Source: Rhizodiscina lignyota
Taxonomy: Eukaryota
DNA: 44,830 nucleotides
Assembly (NCBI GenBank): GCA_010015805.1
Contig: ML978146.1
Location: forward strand, 124,001-168,830
Reading direction: 5' to 3'
Shown: positions 11,744-21,797 of the stretch, piece after piece
How positions within the stretch are numbered: position 1 is the first letter of the stretch
Layout of the letters: each line of letters begins with the position of its first letter
The notes under the pieces: model-generated
Databases searched by the model: none
Seen by the model: the letters and a program-made list of their open reading frames with translations, nothing else
Told to the model about the DNA's origin: nothing
Made by a program: the position numbers and the translations under genes

Positions 11744-12055
11744 CTTGTTGTAGTATGCAGCGACCTCTGCGATGCTGTACTGTCTTTGAAGATTATATGT
11801 TGCTCATTGGCGGTGAATTCAACATTCATATGTCCAAGATGCTGCAATAGTCTCCCGTATATTCAGCCTTACGACGTCACTACCGTAAACAACCTGGAGC
11901 TTGGAACGCGCCAGAGCTCGCATCTCTTCCTTCCATCTCTTCCTTCCCACATAAATATTACGCCTTCACTGCTACGCGTTCGTAGAAGCTGGAGATCACC
12001 GCCATGCTCGTACACCAAAGGTGACAGAACGACCTTTACCACAGCCTCACACACC

Positions 12056-13804
12056 ATGGCGCCAGTCGAGCCTTCGTTCCTCAACTCCAATGCCGGCCCT
12101 CTCGCGCAGCTCTACACCCAAATCGCCGTCGCCGGCACGCTCCTCGCCTTCATATGCGGCAACATCTCTAATGCGCACCTCAATGTTCCTCCCGCACAGC
12201 ATACGCGCAGCCAGCATACGCTCCACCGTCGCGGCATCATCATCTTTGCGACCCTGGCCCTGCTTGGCCTCGTGCTGAGCGCGTACTTTGCCGTCGCTCG
12301 GCGCGTGCTGTCGTACCGGCAATGGGCTGAACAGGGCGGCGAGAATGTGCCCGGCACGCTGTGGACGGGATGGTACACGAAGACGGCGGATGGCAAGCTA
12401 ATTCCAAATGAGGAGGTGGTGTGGCAGCTGGGGCGGTGGATGCAGGACACGAATATCTGGGTTGAAGGGGACTCACTTGCGCTCACGTCGGCGAAGGCGT
12501 GGTGGTGGACGCAGCAGCAGTTCGCCGCCAGCCTGGCGTGGAGCGCGTATGTGGGCATTGAGGCGCGCCGACGACATATGCCCACCTTCACCATCATGTC
12601 GTTCATTGTCCTCTCCTCGCTTGTTGGATTGAATGTCGCACAGAATCTCTTCTATATTGCGCTTCTGCTCACTCCAGACACTGCGCCCTCCGATAAGTCG
12701 ACCTCTGACCCTCTTTGGGCTCCAATCGGGGGAGTTCAGGCAGTCTACAGCGTCCTTCCTTCGCTTTTACTGGCCTTTACGCCGCATCTTCCTTCGGCGC
12801 TCACATTGCTTACCTTTCAGCGTTGGATACTACCTCTCCTACGTGCCAACATTAGCATTATAGTTCCAAAGGCCCTCAAACACAGATTCAACTCCACAGG
12901 CGCCGCGCGTCGCTCATACACCCCTCTCTTCTCCATCCTCGCAGTGTTCGCACTCGTCATGCACATACAGCAGACCTTCCTTGCCTTTGGCGAGAACACT
13001 CCTCGACATCGACGCTCGCACTTCAGATTTATCTGGGGCCATCAAGAAGCAGACCAATCATATGGCAGCCTAGAAAGAGCTGGATTGGCAGCAGGAAAGG
13101 TTCTCGATGTCCTCCATACACATCCAGCAATCAGTGCGGCTGCTTGGGACGTTCTACTCTCTGCGTTCAGCTTTTGCATTTATGCCGCGGTTCGCGGCAT
13201 TGATCCGAGCGGAATGTTGAAGTATAGCCTTGCGCCCTGGCTTAAATTACACGACCATGCGGAGGAACATGAAACTTCGAGCGCGACGAAGATGGACGAA
13301 CCAAGCAAGTCCAAACGAGGACGAAAGCCTTCCTCGTCCGCATCGAATGCGCTGACCTCCAGCGCAAAGGCTGTCGCAGATGCAGTCAAGGCCCCACAGA
13401 AGCGCAAGCCGAAGGGGAGACGTGGTATACCAGCAGACGCCGACGATCCCATCACGAAAGTCACGACGGCGAATATTCTGGACGATGCAGAAACACCTGC
13501 TGCAAGTACAAGGAGGAGTATGCGCGTGAAAAATGCGGGCAGAACTCCACGCGCCCCACGGACTATTATCCACCGAGAAGAAGAGGAGGAGGATGATGAG
13601 GAGGACGAAGAAGAAGAAGAAGAAGTTGATGAGGAATACAGGCCAACGCCTGCTACGCAAAGGGCTGTGGAGAAGGTCGTACACAATGTCGTCGAGTCAG
13701 AGGATGCGGCGACAGCAGGTGAGGCAGCTGCGCTGGGATGGGGCTTGTTTGTGCTGGGCGGGTTAGGAGTCCTGAGTGCGGCGGTTTGTGGGGCGGATGG
13801 ATAA
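12056..13804 (+). CDS. Uncharacterised multi-pass membrane protein with a Lys/Arg-rich then acidic disordered region and a C-terminal hydrophobic helix
   Basis: Long ORF with ATG at 12056 in good context (acaccATGG), many hydrophobic segments, an E/D tract near 13575-13635 and the C-terminal AALGWGLFVLGGLGVLSAAVCGA. In-frame introns cannot be excluded. Confidence 0.75.
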   Translation: MAPVEPSFLNSNAGPLAQLYTQIAVAGTLLAFICGNISNAHLNVPPAQHTRSQHTLHRRGIIIFATLALLGLVLSAYFAVARRVLSYRQWAEQGGENVPGTLWTGWYTKTADGKLIPNEEVVWQLGRWMQDTNIWVEGDSLALTSAKAWWWTQQQFAASLAWSAYVGIEARRRHMPTFTIMSFIVLSSLVGLNVAQNLFYIALLLTPDTAPSDKSTSDPLWAPIGGVQAVYSVLPSLLLAFTPHLPSALTLLTFQRWILPLLRANISIIVPKALKHRFNSTGAARRSYTPLFSILAVFALVMHIQQTFLAFGENTPRHRRSHFRFIWGHQEADQSYGSLERAGLAAGKVLDVLHTHPAISAAAWDVLLSAFSFCIYAAVRGIDPSGMLKYSLAPWLKLHDHAEEHETSSATKMDEPSKSKRGRKPSSSASNALTSSAKAVADAVKAPQKRKPKGRRGIPADADDPITKVTTANILDDAETPAASTRRSMRVKNAGRTPRAPRTIIHREEEEEDDEEDEEEEEEVDEEYRPTPATQRAVEKVVHNVVESEDAATAGEAAALGWGLFVLGGLGVLSAAVCGADG

Positions 13805-14327
13805 GACCGATTGTGGTATATGATGGGTTTGGTATGGGCACTATGGTAGGGGAGGCTGGGCCCTGCATTTGCTGTGGAGTTTATGGTGTGGTGTTTTGAT
13901 ATCCGCAGGTTTGGCAGATAGTGGGTTATGGGACGAAAGGACGGTGGGACGACGGGACTAGATTATGATGGTTACGTTTCTGGAAGAGTTGCGCTGGCGT
14001 TGCTGGGTAACGGATGCAAGAAGGTCATGATATTCGAACTCGTGGGAGTAAATGGATTGTGGTAGTTGGTATAATGAAGGGCAACAGGCCTCTTCACCTG
14101 CGCATCATCCCCTCCTAATGATCAGATCATCAATGGTATTTTGTATGGAAACTATCGCAATTGAGTCAGTACTTCATTGCATGTACTCGACGCATGTCAG
14201 ATACTCACTTTCAACGAACAAACTCCAGCGCTATGCTTCGGACTGGGATTATCATGTCTCAGTCCGATATACAAATATACAATACTCCGCATGCTCGAAT
14301 CCAAGCCGCGCAGTCAACCAACTTCCC

Positions 14328-14742
14328 TCAAGCCCCATTCTCCTCCTTCCATCGCTGCAGATATCTCTCCCCAGTTATCGCAAACTGAGGATCCCACCAC
14401 ATCCCCCTCTTGATCGCATGCGGTCGGTCGATCTTCTCGGTCACGAATGGCGTCAACTATCCACGCTTCCAGTTAGCGTCGTCTTCAACACTTCACATCT
14501 TCTCTCCTCTAACTTTTCAATTCAAACAGCAAGGGAAGGTAGCAGCATACCTCAAAGTCCGCCAACCCATCCGGCACAATGTACGTTCGCACCTTCGACG
14601 CGTCGAGCTTGTATTTTCCGAACTTGCCGAAGGTGCCCATTGATCCAGTCCGGTTGCCCTTGTAGTAGCCCTTGCGCGCTTGCTTGGTTGTTAATTGCAG
14701 GCGCTTGATGGCTTTGAGGAGGGGTTGGGTTGGATAAAACAT
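14328..14742 (-). CDS. MRPL27: Mitochondrial ribosomal protein L27 (mL41)
   Basis: Exon 14742-14551 (MFYPTQPLL...RLQLTTKQARKGYYKGNRTGSMG...KVRTYIVP), intron 14550-14457 (GTATGC...GCTAAC...TAG), exon 14456-14328 (LTPFVTEK...RWKEENGA*). Confidence 0.92.
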
Positions 14743-14939
14743 GGTGTCGGCGCGTTTATAATTGTCAATGGGCGATATCAAAGTTGCGCTTTTAGTGGTG
14801 AGGAAAACTTGAAGCTGTTCGGCGCTGGCAGAATATCGGCCCGGAGTCGGGAGCTCTACAAAAAGTTCGAAATCTTGGCATTGCAGATATATTTTTTGTG
14901 CGATTCACTCTACAACCATTCAATTCCATACCAACAAAT
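14743..14939. promoter_or_regulatory. Compact bidirectional promoter between MRPL27 and UTP14
   Basis: Only 197 bp separate the two divergent start codons. Confidence 0.6.
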
Positions 14940-17771
14940 ATGCCCGCGAGATTATCGAGGAGCTCTGTCTCCACCGAGGAACCGCACTCGAAGCGCAAGC
15001 GCGTCCAGAAGCGTGCGCTGAACGCCCTCTCCATCGCGGAAGAGGAAGAGCCTGACCGACCGCGAGTGCGACAACACCGCCTGGGCGAATCAGAAGGTGG
15101 CGAGTCGAGATGGAAGCGTCGAAGACTTGAACATGATGAGGAAGAAGATGAAGAGGAGGATGGAGATTCGGCATCAAGGCGCAGACAAAAGCATGACTCG
15201 CGCCGCGAAAGAGGGGACGAGCTAGATGTGTCGGAGGGGAGCGACAGCGAGGGGAATACTTGGCAGATGGGGCATGTGGATGAGGATGACGATAGTGATA
15301 TTGATAGCGATGATGCTTTTGGGGATAGCGACGAAGAAAGATTTGAAGGGTTCACGTTTCGAGGCTCGTCGACGAACAAACCGAAACCAAAGCGAGACAG
15401 AGCCTCCGATGGTGATGATGAGGACCTTTTGGATGAGGATGGGAAGGGCGATGCAGACAACGACGATGATGATGAGAGTCTTGGAGAAGAGGCGGTGGAT
15501 CTTGCTACAATGCTAGATAATTACGAAGAGGAGGAGGAGGAAGAGCAGGGCGGACGGCGTTCAGGAGCGCAGCAAAAAGGCTCTCAGGACGACAAGGAAG
15601 ATATATGGTCTCCCTCTGAGGATGAAGCAGAACCCGACGAATCTGCTGGGCTTGCAAAAATGAGCGCAATTGTATCAGCTCTACCCGTGGAGGATGACGA
15701 TGACACGACACAGCGCAAGTCCTTCACGAGTCAAGGATTACAACCTGGGAAGACCGCCACCAAACAGAAAGTGACATTTGACGATCTACTCGGGAAGAGT
15801 ACCGGTACCGATATCGCGGTTTCGAAACGCGCTCGCAAACTGGCGACAATGAATGACAGACCTTCCAAGAATAGTGGAGCATCTGGAAGACTTGATGTGG
15901 CCCCAGCAAAGAGAGTGAAAGATCAGAACGAGCGCAAGGCAGCAGACAAGAAGGCGAGGGAAACACTGGACCGCTGGGTCGACACTGTCAAGCACAACAG
16001 GCGAGCAGAGCATGTATCGTTTCCACTTGCCGATCCAACGATGTCTACACCGGCTGGAGCGAAGCGACTGCTTCCCACTTCGGCATCTCTTCCGGCTACG
16101 GATTTGGAGAGCGCCATCTCGAACATCCTGCAGGAAAGTGGTTTGGGAGGGCCTGGCAAGAAGGATGAAGAAGAAGAGATTCAGGAATTCGAAGAGCTTC
16201 AGATGCGCAAGATGCCGATTGAGGAGGTCGAAGCTCGACGCGCACAACTGCGAATGGCACGAGATCTCATGTTCCGAGAGGAGATCCGGGCAAAGCGGAT
16301 CAAGAAGATCAAGAGCAAGGCATACAGACGTGTCCATCGGAAGGAGAAGGAACGAGCTGCGCTCAGAGATGCAGATATCTTTGGCGAGGGGGAGATGTCT
16401 GACGACGAGCGCGAAAGACTAGATCGACGTCGAGCGGAAGAGCGAATGGGCGCTAAGCATCGAGACAGTAAATGGGCAAAGAGTATGAAGCAGGCTGGTA
16501 GAGCGGCTTGGGATGAAGACGCTCGTGCCGGTATTGTGGATATGGCGAGGCGGAATGAGGAGTTGCGGAGAAGGATCGAGGGGAAGGAAATGCGAGAGGA
16601 GAGTGATGAGATTTCAGAGTCGAGTGATAATGAGGAGGGGGACGACGATGAGGGAGCGACGAGGAAGATGCAGCAGAAGTTGAACAATTTGCAGCGTACG
16701 GACGACTCCAAGCTGTCCGGCATAGCTGGCATGAAGTTTATGCAGGTTGCTGAAGCAGCGCGCAAGGCTCAGAACGACGAAGACATCGATCGACTGCGGC
16801 GAGAGCTGGCTGGTGAAGATTCTTTTGAGGACAAGTCCAACGACGAAGAAACAAACGTTCAAGGACGACGGAAGTATGGGCCGAAAGAAAGACAAGCTTC
16901 AAAATCTGCGATTACGGCAGCCCCTCAAAATCGCAGCGAATTCGAAGAGCGCAATGAGTCTGACGGCGACGATCAGGGCGAAAATGATGAGGTTGGAATC
17001 GCCATGGAACGCAATGACCAAGCTACACAGTCAAACAAGTTCAAGCAGAAATTCAGGCTGCCAAACAAGCTAAGCAACAATGTTGATCAGCAGGTCATCG
17101 AACATGACGAAGAAACCGAGAACCCTTTCCTGAACCCGAAGAAGCGCAACAGAAAGAAGAAGGCAGAAACACAGGCTTCAGTCGATGTCTCCAAGAAGGG
17201 AGCCTCTCCTGATGCTGCTACCGATACCGACGGCTGGATCACGGTATCTCACAAGCAAAATGGTGCTGAAACCGGGGTCAGCGACAATGAGGAGGAACCA
17301 CCTACTCTCTCTCGCAACGAGCTGCTCGTCCAACAAGCCTTCGCCGGCGACTACACCGCAGAGGATTTCGAGAAGCAAAAGAATGCCGTCATCGAAGAAG
17401 AAGACGAGAAGGTCATCGACAACGCTCTGCCTGGCTGGGGTTCCTGGGCCGGCGCTGGCGTCTCCAGGCGCGAACAGAATCGCAACAAGGGCCGCTTCCT
17501 CACGAAGCAAGACGGTGTGAAACTCCAGGACAGGAAAGACGTGAAACTCAAGAACGTTATTATTAACGAGAAGAGAGTCAAGAAGAATGGCGCATATCTT
17601 GCGTCTCAGCTACCGTTCCCGTATGGGACGAGGGAGGAGTATGAGAGGAGTATGAGGATGCCGGTGGGTGGGGAGTGGAATACAAAGGTCACGTTGCAGG
17701 AGAATGTTAAGCCGAGGGTGCTGGTTAAGCAGGGAATGGTGATTAAGCCTATTGAGAAGCCGTTGGTGTAG
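14940..17771 (+). CDS. UTP14: U3 snoRNA-associated SSU processome protein Utp14
   Basis: Intronless acidic/basic ORF with Utp14 signatures RAKRIKKIKSKAYRRVHRKE, ERMGAKHRDSKWAK, LPGWGSWAG, VIINEKRVKK, QLPFPY and EYERSMRMPVGGEWNT. Confidence 0.95.
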   Translation: MPARLSRSSVSTEEPHSKRKRVQKRALNALSIAEEEEPDRPRVRQHRLGESEGGESRWKRRRLEHDEEEDEEEDGDSASRRRQKHDSRRERGDELDVSEGSDSEGNTWQMGHVDEDDDSDIDSDDAFGDSDEERFEGFTFRGSSTNKPKPKRDRASDGDDEDLLDEDGKGDADNDDDDESLGEEAVDLATMLDNYEEEEEEEQGGRRSGAQQKGSQDDKEDIWSPSEDEAEPDESAGLAKMSAIVSALPVEDDDDTTQRKSFTSQGLQPGKTATKQKVTFDDLLGKSTGTDIAVSKRARKLATMNDRPSKNSGASGRLDVAPAKRVKDQNERKAADKKARETLDRWVDTVKHNRRAEHVSFPLADPTMSTPAGAKRLLPTSASLPATDLESAISNILQESGLGGPGKKDEEEEIQEFEELQMRKMPIEEVEARRAQLRMARDLMFREEIRAKRIKKIKSKAYRRVHRKEKERAALRDADIFGEGEMSDDERERLDRRRAEERMGAKHRDSKWAKSMKQAGRAAWDEDARAGIVDMARRNEELRRRIEGKEMREESDEISESSDNEEGDDDEGATRKMQQKLNNLQRTDDSKLSGIAGMKFMQVAEAARKAQNDEDIDRLRRELAGEDSFEDKSNDEETNVQGRRKYGPKERQASKSAITAAPQNRSEFEERNESDGDDQGENDEVGIAMERNDQATQSNKFKQKFRLPNKLSNNVDQQVIEHDEETENPFLNPKKRNRKKKAETQASVDVSKKGASPDAATDTDGWITVSHKQNGAETGVSDNEEEPPTLSRNELLVQQAFAGDYTAEDFEKQKNAVIEEEDEKVIDNALPGWGSWAGAGVSRREQNRNKGRFLTKQDGVKLQDRKDVKLKNVIINEKRVKKNGAYLASQLPFPYGTREEYERSMRMPVGGEWNTKVTLQENVKPRVLVKQGMVIKPIEKPLV

Positions 17772-18016
17772 GTGCAGTGTGAGACAGGATGATGGCCGCA
17801 TGGACTCACGGAGTTTGGTACTACGAAATCTAGTCATCTGAATGATGCTCACGCATTTACCTAAAAGGAAGATAAACCTTGATTGGCTGCACATCTTCGA
17901 GCCGAGCATCAAATTATTACCACCAGAGCATTGGCACACAAATTGCCCCGGACCGCTTCACTGTGCCTAGGACGCTTCTCAATTGGCGCCGAGACCTCTT
18001 TCCCATTTCATATTCC

Positions 18017-19471
18017 TCAAATATTGATGTGTGGTATATACATGGACCAGTCAACAGACACGAATGCGCTTACTGGAAGCCGCCGTAAGGAGATAATGTC
18101 TTCGATCAGGATATATATCCGGAAGATCGTGTACAGGGCACACAGCGGTGTGGTGAAAAGCAGAGCATGAAGTGGAATTTCGAGGGCTGGATCCTGGTCT
18201 GGACTGTTGTTCCGCGTCTTGGAAAGTAGTCGTTTAAGCGTGCTCAGCTTCTTTTCCTTTGAAGGTCTGGCCGGCGCTCCTGGTTGCTTGGTCTGTTCAA
18301 TATCGCGCGGCACATCGACTTCCTCTGAGATCTGATTGGGTCTCAGAAACATGTATGAGGCTTCGAAGATCGCCCCAATGACTACAACTACCAAAGTGCC
18401 CAGAGTGGAGATTCGCCACAATAGCCTTTCTACGTTCGAAGGATAATATAGATTCCACCCTGCTACAAAAATCCCAGTGTACGAGAATGACAATAGCAGC
18501 ATCAAGAAGACCATCGGCCGGGTAAGCCTGGGAAATTAGAACGAAGTAAACCTTTACACTGGCTTAACTCGTGGCCGGATTATCACAACTCTCATTCGTC
18601 GAAGGATGTTAACATAGTAGACCCAAAGTTGACTGCCAATCCATTCCTTTCGGCTGATACACTCCAGTGGCGTGAGATGGTACTCCTCGAGGCTTGCTCC
18701 AGGAAACTCGCTGACGATCTTCTTCAATTCCGATTCGCATTGCAGTGTTACAGGGTATAGAATATCCATTGGTTTGTTTCTCCAGAAGCAGAGTGTGCCC
18801 AAGGCGCAGAAGATGTACCCCAATGTCGTCAGTTCCAGTGTGGTAACCGCTAGCCGCTGGGTTGGACGAGCTATCGTGTTAAGTGTGAACCAGAACATTT
18901 GAACGGAAGAGATGATCCTGTAAAGCTGTTAGCATGTGTTCTTTGCTTGCTCCAATTGTACTAGCCGTGAAAGTCCGTCACGCTTGTTTTTGTCCTTGAT
19001 CACATCCAAGGTTAAATGCGAAGGATACTGAAGATACTCTTTGGCAACGAGATAGTGCAATTGTTCAGCGTTAACCGGAAATGCGTTGCAGCCATCGAAC
19101 TTCACATGAACGCCTCCCATATCAGCAAAATATGAGTGCCTCATGGTCCAATCGTCTGTAGGCTGTGATTTCTTAACTGTCCTGAATTTCTGAGTGGCAG
19201 TCTTTGCGCAACAATACTGTCCAATTGCTGACATGAGGACGAACTCAGGACCGAGAATTCCAAGGCAGAACATATGCCATCGGTCTTGGATGATGTCCCT
19301 GGATCCTTTACCAGGAGCTGGTACATTAACGCAAGCACAGGTCCAGATGCAAAGGAAGGTGGTAATCGCGCAAGAAGTCAGAATGTCTAGCGTCCCTCGA
19401 TCATTGGATTGTGGTACCCAACCTCGAGTGCCTCCATGTTGTACAGTTGTATTGAGCGTAGTTGAGTTCAT
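18017..19471 (-). pseudogene. Uncharacterised fungal multi-pass membrane protein family member (RGTLDIL-SC...NVP type); interrupted by two in-frame TAA, so either a pseudogene or rescued by a 30-nt intron
   Basis: Three collinear ORF pieces: GWVPQSNDRGTLDILTSCAITTFLCIW...WTMRHSYFADMGG...DKNKRDGLSR; LAVTTLELTTLGYIFCALGTLCFWRNKPMD; WNLYYPSNVERLLWRIST...SVDWSMYIPHI. The first join needs intron 18965-18918 with a GC donor. The second join carries TAA at 18556-18554 and 18538-18536. Confidence 0.65.
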
Positions 19472-20477
19472 CGGCAGCTCGAACAGCAATCTAGCGGTAG
19501 TTGTCGTGGTATTACACTTGAAGACGTGAGTAAGGAGAGTCTAACCTCTCCACTGCAATAAACCTCTGGAGCATATAATTATACTCTGCCGCGAAGTTCA
19601 GACTCCACACGGCCAATGCGCATCAGCGCTGAAACATTGCGGCACAGCACCGCGCATGCGCACCCACACTTTGACAACTACACCAGCCTAGGACTCAGAC
19701 AGATCGAAAACATAGACTGCTGTAGCTCGTGCGACTGGAGATGACAAAATATGTCGGATCTGAGCCCCCACGCTCCTCGTCAGTTGCCATGATTGGTGTA
19801 TAGACGGTCAAGGAGACTGTTTCGAGCAGATAGGCGCCGTAGATAGACGCCGAACCCTTGCCAACCGCGATGGCTCCCTGCAAGACGATGGCCGGCTCAT
19901 TGGGCAAAGTTGTGTGGTTTAATTCCGGATGAGACTTCGGTGGCGTGGACAAGCGCTGAGATTCGCTCTCAACTCCCTTCAAATGCAGGGGGCCTTGGTG
20001 GTGGTCATCCACACCTGCGGCTCCTAGCTACGCTGATGGATTGATGAGTCGGCTTGGTGCATTCGAAGCGTGCAACAATTTCATGGTGCAATCTGAATGT
20101 TTGAAAGCAAAGCAACGAAAGAAAAGAATCTCCATTTGAGCAATGTATTCTTGGGAGCGATGCTTCCCTGTTTTCATCAGCAGAAATTGCAAAGCCTGTA
20201 CGAATTACCGAGATGCAACATGTTGATCGGACGGAGACGCTGCAAGAATGTAAGAACTTGGAAAGTCAGATCAAGTCTGGATATGCACAGGGTAAAATGT
20301 CATCTGCACAATACATCCAAGTGCCGTCCAGAGGGCCGCTTATATAATCATGGTCGGTGCCTGGCAGTCCTGTATGATTGTTGATTTCCGCAACCCCACA
20401 AAACAATCCATCACGCATCATCCAGCCCTCACCCTTTCTCAAATCCGTACCTACGGGCTTCTGCATAGTCTGCGGCA

Positions 20478-21514
20478 ATGTCCGATAGCCGTCCGAGACG
20501 GTTCCGACTGCGCTATGTAGCGGCGGTGCTCGCACTGTTTGCCGCTGTAATAATGGGTAGGTGGAGTTTCTTCTCTCAATGCTGGACAGGAAGCATGATC
20601 AGGACTTTTCCAAAGCTGCTTCAACCTCAACCTGTCCCACTCAACGCCGCTATTTGATCGTAGATGCTAAGTCTTCCGTCTTTACAGGCCTGGTCGCGAG
20701 TAATGGCGCAGAATCTCCATCCGTGGAAGATTATTACAGCTCTTTCGAGTCCCGACTTGGGTATTGGTTGCTACTGGGCAACACCAGACACTGCGGACTA
20801 TACAAAAAGGGACAGCTTTCTCCATTCCCTATCTCGAGAGCGCAACGCGCAATGGAGGAGAAACTTTACACACGTCTTGGGCTAAAGGAAGGAGCCCGGA
20901 TCCTGGATGCAGGCGCTGGCTCCGGCTATGTTGCTATATATATGGCGCGGAAGGGTCTTAATGTCCAAGCAATCGATGTTACACCCCACCACTTAGTAGA
21001 TGCCCAAAAAAATGTTCGAGAGAATGGACTAACAGAGAAGATCGCCGTCGATTACGGCGACTATCACAATCTGACGACGTTCAACGACGAATCCTTCGAC
21101 GGCATTTATACTATGGAGACGTTTGTCCATGCAGACGATCCTGTCAAAGTGCTCAATAACTTCTATCGCCTTCTGAAACCTGGTGGTGTACTAGTCCTCC
21201 ATGAAGCTGATTTCAACCGGAACTCGCAGAGGCTGCAAGAGGTCCTCCGTCTATCCCACTGTGGGAATACACTGGAAGAAGGCGAGTATCGTAAGCTCGC
21301 CGAAGAGGTCGGATTCAAAGATTTTACCTTGGAAGACCTAACGGATGAGGTCTTGCCAATGTGGCGGCTCTTTGGTGTTGTTGGCTATGTTCCGTACCAG
21401 CTCTTCAAATTGCTTGGGATTGCTCATAGATTTACAAATGTTATGGCTGGAGTTGAAGCATGGTTGAATTGGGGAGACGGCAGGTACATTTCAGTGCGTG
21501 TTGTCAAACCTTGA
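20478..21514 (+). CDS. Class I SAM-dependent methyltransferase (sterol-methyltransferase-like) with N-terminal signal anchor
   Basis: Exon 20478-20556 (MSDSRPRRFRLRYVAAVLALFAAVIM), intron 20557-20687 (GTAGGT...GCTAAG...TACAG), exon 20688-21514. Motif I ILDAGAGSG, plus FDGIYTMETFVHA and LLKPGG. Confidence 0.87.
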
Positions 21515-21655
21515 CCGTTGAAACAGGAAGGTTTCCGTCAAAATCTTCGTCTATCCCCGTGTATATAGTATAGTACTAGAGGAAACTCAATGGCAGATAG
21601 ATTGCCGGCCCTAACCTCGGATACCACGGGAGGTTCACGAGACTGCTACGAGATC

Positions 21656-21797
21656 GGAGGAGTATGAGAGGGAAAGTTGGCCCGTCCGTGCCACGGTAAG
21701 GAGTGGAATACGAAGGTCATGCTGCAAGATGTTTAGTTGAGGGTGTCAATGAGGTAGGGGATGGTGATCAACCCCTATTGAGAAGCCGTTGGTGTAG
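21656..21797 (+). repeat. Degenerate direct duplicate of the UTP14 3' end (copy of about 17633-17771)
   Basis: 24 bp identical (CCTATTGAGAAGCCGTTGGTGTAG at 17748-17771 and 21774-21797), 16 bp identical (GGAGGAGTATGAGAGG at 17633 and 21656) and an alignable GGAGTGGAATAC...AAGGTCA stretch between them. The copy has two in-frame TAG, a 3-nt deletion and a +1 shift. Confidence 0.9.

Noticed and set aside
11735..12055. N-terminal 107 aa of the listed 689 aa ORF
   Set aside because: Starts at GTG, overlaps the ARL3 start and promoter, and reads like UTR sequence; ATG 12056 is the better start. Similar extensions were trimmed from the ORFs at 1302, 14898, 23214, 28516, 29271 and 41845.
13180..17581. 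Ser-rich antisense ORFs (e.g. 13180-13686, 14792-15460, 16199-16765)
   Set aside because: Shadows of GAR/GAY-rich acidic coding sequence on the opposite strand.
18536..18556. A-to-I editing or readthrough rescue of the premature stops
   Set aside because: Both stops are TAA and only six codons apart; they would need multiple edits or double readthrough. Pseudogene or splicing explanations are simpler.
19695..20012. 105 aa minus-strand ORF inside the inserted block
   Set aside because: GTG start, no recognisable domain or splice support; cannot be distinguished from intergenic sequence without a homology search.
17772..21655. Autonomous mobile element (Starship, LTR or DNA transposon) as the inserted block
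   Set aside because: No tyrosine recombinase, transposase, reverse transcriptase, LTR or terminal inverted repeat was recognised; only the host-gene duplication is evident.
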